In this document: one piece after another, positions 59,563 to 64,000 of the stretch
Layout of the letters: each line of letters opens with the position of its first letter
Position numbering within the stretch: position 1 is the stretch's first letter
Origin: Veleropilina oligotropha
Lineage: Eukaryota
Length of the DNA: 64,000 bases
Assembly: GCA_048128005.1 (NCBI GenBank)
Contig: JBEUKZ010000008.1
Location: 372,001-436,000, forward strand
Reading direction: 5' to 3'
Position numbers and translations under genes: made by a program
Notes under the pieces: generated by a model
Database searches by the model: none
Told to the model about the DNA's origin: nothing
What the model saw: only the letters and a program-made list of their open reading frames with translations

Positions 59563-61807
59563 GACTGGTCAAATGTTACGTCCGATTATCTTTATCAAAA
59601 TATTTCCAGAAAGAAACTTAACGCATCTAATTGTGGGCACAATTATCAGCAATCATCGATGCGAGATGTAAAAGAAATTTCTTCTATTCCATATGGTACA
59701 AACACACTGAATTCAACATAACGGTTTTGTCACGACCGACAATGGACAGTAAACTAAATGTTTCTACCAGACCATGGTCAAGTTGTCTTTACCATCGTAC
59801 GGTCCACGCATCCTCGTACAGCTCCTGAAGTCTCCAGGAAGCACGCATTTATAACTTATATCGTAACCAACGTCATCCAGTTCGCTGTTGTCGTCACACA
59901 TCGTTCTCAAATAGGCCTTTATCATTGCAACATTATCGCAGCAGACATATTCTACACGATATTCCTCTCAGAAGATAAACATAAACGGAGTGCGACAAAA
60001 TATTCCACTCAGAAGAATCGTACACATACGTGTGATAAATCCAAAATACCATTCCAGGAAGTAGTAAGCTAATTATTCCAGAAGTTTTTTATCGACGTCT
60101 TGTTATCGTCGTTTTCGACATATATTTGTAATTATTTCCATGCAACTACTAGTTATTGGAAACTGTTGATCTAGGTTTTTATCTTATTTTCATTACCCGT
60201 ATTTTACTATTATTTTCAAAAGGATTCGTTGCAATCCGGTATATTTTCATCACGTTTTGCAACAAAAAGGGCTGGTCTAACATTTGATATGCCATTTATA
60301 CGAATAATAATAAGAACTGAATAACTAATATTTGGAAATTTAATTGTGTGTTTAATGTATGACAACCACAATGCTGAGTATTCAAAATCACCGTTGAACT
60401 GTGAATTAAAGCAGCTTGGGTCCGCCGTAAACAAACAATCGCGATGAAAATTTTCGACATTTAATTAAGGTAATACCGTATGGTTCGTCATACAACGCAT
60501 AGGTTTCCGGTATAATTGTAAATGACATTGCAAGAAAATAATTTTGTGGAAATAAGCTTCGGTAGGATTTCATGATTTCGGGAGATTTATATCATTTCTG
60601 GAGCAGGCCATTTCGGGGGTGCTGATTTCCAGAGTAATTACTCCAACCGGATCTATCACATGCATGTCTACACGATATTCCTCTCAGAAGATAAAAAGAC
60701 TAAAAGATAAAGAAAATCTGCAGGCATGCACTACGTCCCACGATCCAAAGTATCTGGAGTTGCCAAATACACATGATGTAAATTACGGACTAGCGAATGC
60801 CAAGCGACTGTAGTCAGGTAAAATAACTGAAGCAATTGTGCGGAACTCTGTGATATGAATTACTGAAGAGCGGTACTGTGCAAAGGTAACATAGACCGGA
60901 TTAACCCATTAATAAACAAGCACAGAATGTGTGCAATAACCTGCGTCATAAGCAAAATTTCTACTGTGAAACATGTGTGATACATATAATACAGACCATG
61001 TTTCTGTATGATTTCATAGAATTCACAAATTGGTTTTCAAGAGTTACGCCCCTTTGACAGACTTAGTTAATTATAATAAAGTTGATTAATTATAATTTAA
61101 TAAAGTATGCAAAATCTTAAAATGTTTAACTGTTATACCTCTTTTACTACTGTGAAACATGTGTGATACATATAATACAGACCACGTTTCTGTATGATTT
61201 AATATTTATTCATTAAAGAGGCTGTCATGGTAATTTGCTATTCTGTTAGGCAGCATCTCTCAATTCATACATCAAGTGGTCATGCACTTTTTTCAAATTG
61301 GCTTGTTGTCGAAGTCGCCTAAAAGGTGGAAGATCTGGTTGAAATCATTTCAAAATTGTCTTCCCCCCAAGAAGAAGAAGAACAACAACAATAAGAACAA
61401 CAACAACAACATGTACCATTCATTGACCCTGCTAGACGCAGGTAAAAATAATCTCAGCACTTCAAATGATAAGCCGGTTGCAGTGAATGACAAACCCTAG
61501 TTCTGTCAGCACCAGACTCAAGACAGTGATACGAAAATGATAAACGATAACAGCAATATCTAGACAGGAAAACGACTATCATTCACAAGCTTTCAAGCTG
61601 ACTTCATGAAGAGGTCATTCAGTTTCTAGAGATTTAATTTACCTCGAAGATTGGTTTAAGTTGTATCCATGCTTAACCCTTTGAGCGCTGAATTCCTTTT
61701 GAACAAATATTCAATGTTTACCACACATTTGTAAAGTGATATTGCAATGTTAACCTGACATTATACATCCAAACAATACATAACAATTGTAGCATATATG
61801 AAGGACT

Positions 61808-62250
61808 TACTTTGAAACATAAAATTGCGAAACGATTACGACTTTTCGGTCCGTCTATTGCGGACCTTGGTCACGTAATGACGGTTTATGACATAGCGCT
61901 CTATGTGGCAGGAGAATCGATGTTTAGAGACTTAACATTCAGTATCCATAAAGAACATCAGGATACTAACACCAGAAGAAGACTGGTTCAGCAGCAAAGT
62001 GAAAGAAACCATTTACATCCAGCAACAGAAACCCACCATGAACCGGGACCTGGGCTACCACCTCCCGGCCGTCTACACATCGATTCTCCTGCCACGTAGA
62101 GCGCAACTTCATAAACCGTCATTACGTGACCAAGGTCCGCAGTAGACGGACCGAAACGTCATAATCATTTCGCAATTTTTTGTTTCAAAGTATGTAAATC
62201 TATATTTACTATTTATTATCTAACAATTACCTTACCATCTTCAAAGCTGC
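61808..62250 (+). mobile_element. Penelope-like element (PLE) 3' fragment with inverted pseudo-LTR
   Basis: 61936-62145 reads HSVSIKNIRILTPEEDWFSSKVKETIYIQQQKPTMNRDLGYHLPAVYTSIL (GIY-YIG C-terminal KExIYI/NRDxG motifs); about 120-bp inverted repeat 61808-61928 / 62071-62192. Confidence 0.78.
62121..62165 (+). ncRNA. Minimal type I hammerhead ribozyme variant (G3:C8)
   Basis: attac-GTGACCA-a-ggtccg(cagtaga)cggacc-GAAA-cg-TC-ataat; inverted second copy at 61835-61879. Confidence 0.6.
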
Positions 62251-63477
62251 TTGTCCAAACAATGTACAAAACATTTGGAGCATATATGAAGGACTTTCAA
62301 AACAAGTCGTAAAATTTGACTGATTTTCATATGTAAATTGCAGCCATCTTGAAATTATAATGAGCTTTACCATCCGATCATGGAAAATGCCTGCTCTGGC
62401 CTATAGTAGGCCTACTATGTAGGCCTTGTGAGCTGCCATATCCTTTTGGGTTTTTTGAAAAGTTTCCACAAATTTCAACCTAAACCTTTAATATAAACAC
62501 CTAGAAACCTATGCATGTATGGAAAGAATGTGATGTTACGAATGCAAACTTAGATATATATACTGGGCGATTCTAACCACCAATTTGCACATATTTTCGT
62601 TCGGTACAATGTCGATCATATGCCCATGTCGCCGTAGCTGCGCTCAGAGGGTTAATATCCCGTTTTAAGAACCGTCAGGACAAGCATCTCGTACTGTATT
62701 ATCATGTTAGGTAAAGCCCGGTCATCCAGGAAAAAAAGCTCTCACAGGCCAGTTATGAGGAACTGTGACTGCTGCCTGAACAAAGTGCCCAGGTGAGGAT
62801 TCCAACTGTTACTCAGAGCAGTCAAGCGAATGCATTGTGAGCCCTGTATACTGCTGCAGTCCCAATGTATCTTGAGGTGCCTTTTTCTCTTTTTGATGTG
62901 TATAAGCGTACTTCTGTGTTTGCGGATGGTAAACGATGAGAGTATACAATGTATACAACTTTGAATTTGCAGCATAAAAAACTGTATTTAGTTCAGCTCA
63001 ATAGAATGGTGTCATAGCAGCCACAATGTACCACTTAAGGCATTATTGTTCAATGAAAATAAAAAATAAACCGATAAAGCAAAATTAAGTGTTTGAAAAT
63101 TATTTTCCCTGCGAGGTCTTTCCACAAAATTTAGAGATTAAAGGTGAACTGCACACAGCAAGTCTATAGTAAGCATCACTTAAATCCACCTGACGATATT
63201 ATTAACCATATTAAATATAGCGCTGAAATTAAAAAAGAATGACAATCAAAATATATGTACCTAATACTAATAATGTACCTGGTCCGCCACCCTATGACCC
63301 CTCCTCGCCACCCTATGACCCCTCCCCACCACCCTATGACCCTTCCCTACCACTCTATGACCCCTCCCCGCCACCTTTCCACTTTAAAAAAAAAATTAAA
63401 AATACACGCACGGGCGCGAACACAAGCGACCCCTGCGTGACATAATTTCCCCACCTTATAATTTCAATACGGGAGAA

Positions 63478-64000
63478 CCCTACATCTACTAGTTTACGTT
63501 ACACCTGGGTGACACACCATACGTCTACTAGTTTACGTTATGCCTGGGTGACACACCATACGTCTACTAGTTTATGTTACGCCTGGGTGACACACCATAC
63601 GTCTACTAGTTTACGCTATGCCTGGGTGACACACCATACGTCTACTAGTTTACGCTATGCCTGGGTGACACACCATACGTCTACTAGTTTACGTTATGCC
63701 TGGGTGACACACCATACGTCTACTAGTTTACGTTATGCCTGGGTGACACACCATACGTCTACTAGTTTACATTATGCCTGGGTGACACACCATACATCTA
63801 CTAGTTTACATTATGCCTGGGTGACACACCATACGTCTACTAGTTTACATTATGCCTGGGTGACACACCATACGTCTACTAGTTTACGTTATGCCTGGGT
63901 GACACACCATACGTCTACTAGTTTACGTTATGCCTGGGTGACACACCATACGTCTACTAGTTTACGTTATGCCTGGGTGACACACCATACTTCTACTAGT
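63478..64000. repeat. 39-bp minisatellite running off the window end
   Basis: Unit ccatacgtctactagtttacgttatgcctgggtgacaca. Confidence 0.95.

Larger units (their letters stand above)
61677..62651. mobile_element. piggyBac-type MITE
   Basis: TTAA|ccctttgagcgc...gcgctcagaggg|TTAA. Confidence 0.75.

Overview
This is AT-rich, intron-rich animal genomic DNA; the repeat landscape looks mollusc/lophotrochozoan-like (inference). Two convergent spliced genes are present. On +, 21 hand-traced exons (71-23716) encode the C-terminus of perlecan/HSPG2: Ig domains, then LG1-EGF-EGF-LG2-EGF-EGF-LG3. On -, 12 exons (58131-36047) encode the DH-PH region and tail of a PLEKHG5/Syx-type RhoGEF ending in the PDZ ligand -SEV. 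A full-length, young DIRS1-like tyrosine-recombinase retrotransposon (46118-53562; ITRs, ICR, gag, RT-RNaseH-MT, YR) sits in a PLEKHG5 intron, nested in a Helentron-like repeat. Other content includes two SINE families, hAT/MULE/piggyBac MITEs, a Helitron fragment, a Penelope-like fragment and several minisatellites. Top leads: (1) a CCC-UAG junction in the DIRS element that may be a three-way stop/readthrough/+1-frameshift switch; (2) a minimal hammerhead ribozyme with a swapped G3:C8 core pair in the Penelope fragment; (3) a candidate 48-nt basic cassette exon in perlecan LG2 near the agrin y-site position; (4) a Syx1/Syx2-like PDZ-motif splice switch; (5) satellites whose origin from TE termini or SINE bodies can be read from the sequence. 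All coordinates were traced by eye and no database searches were run.
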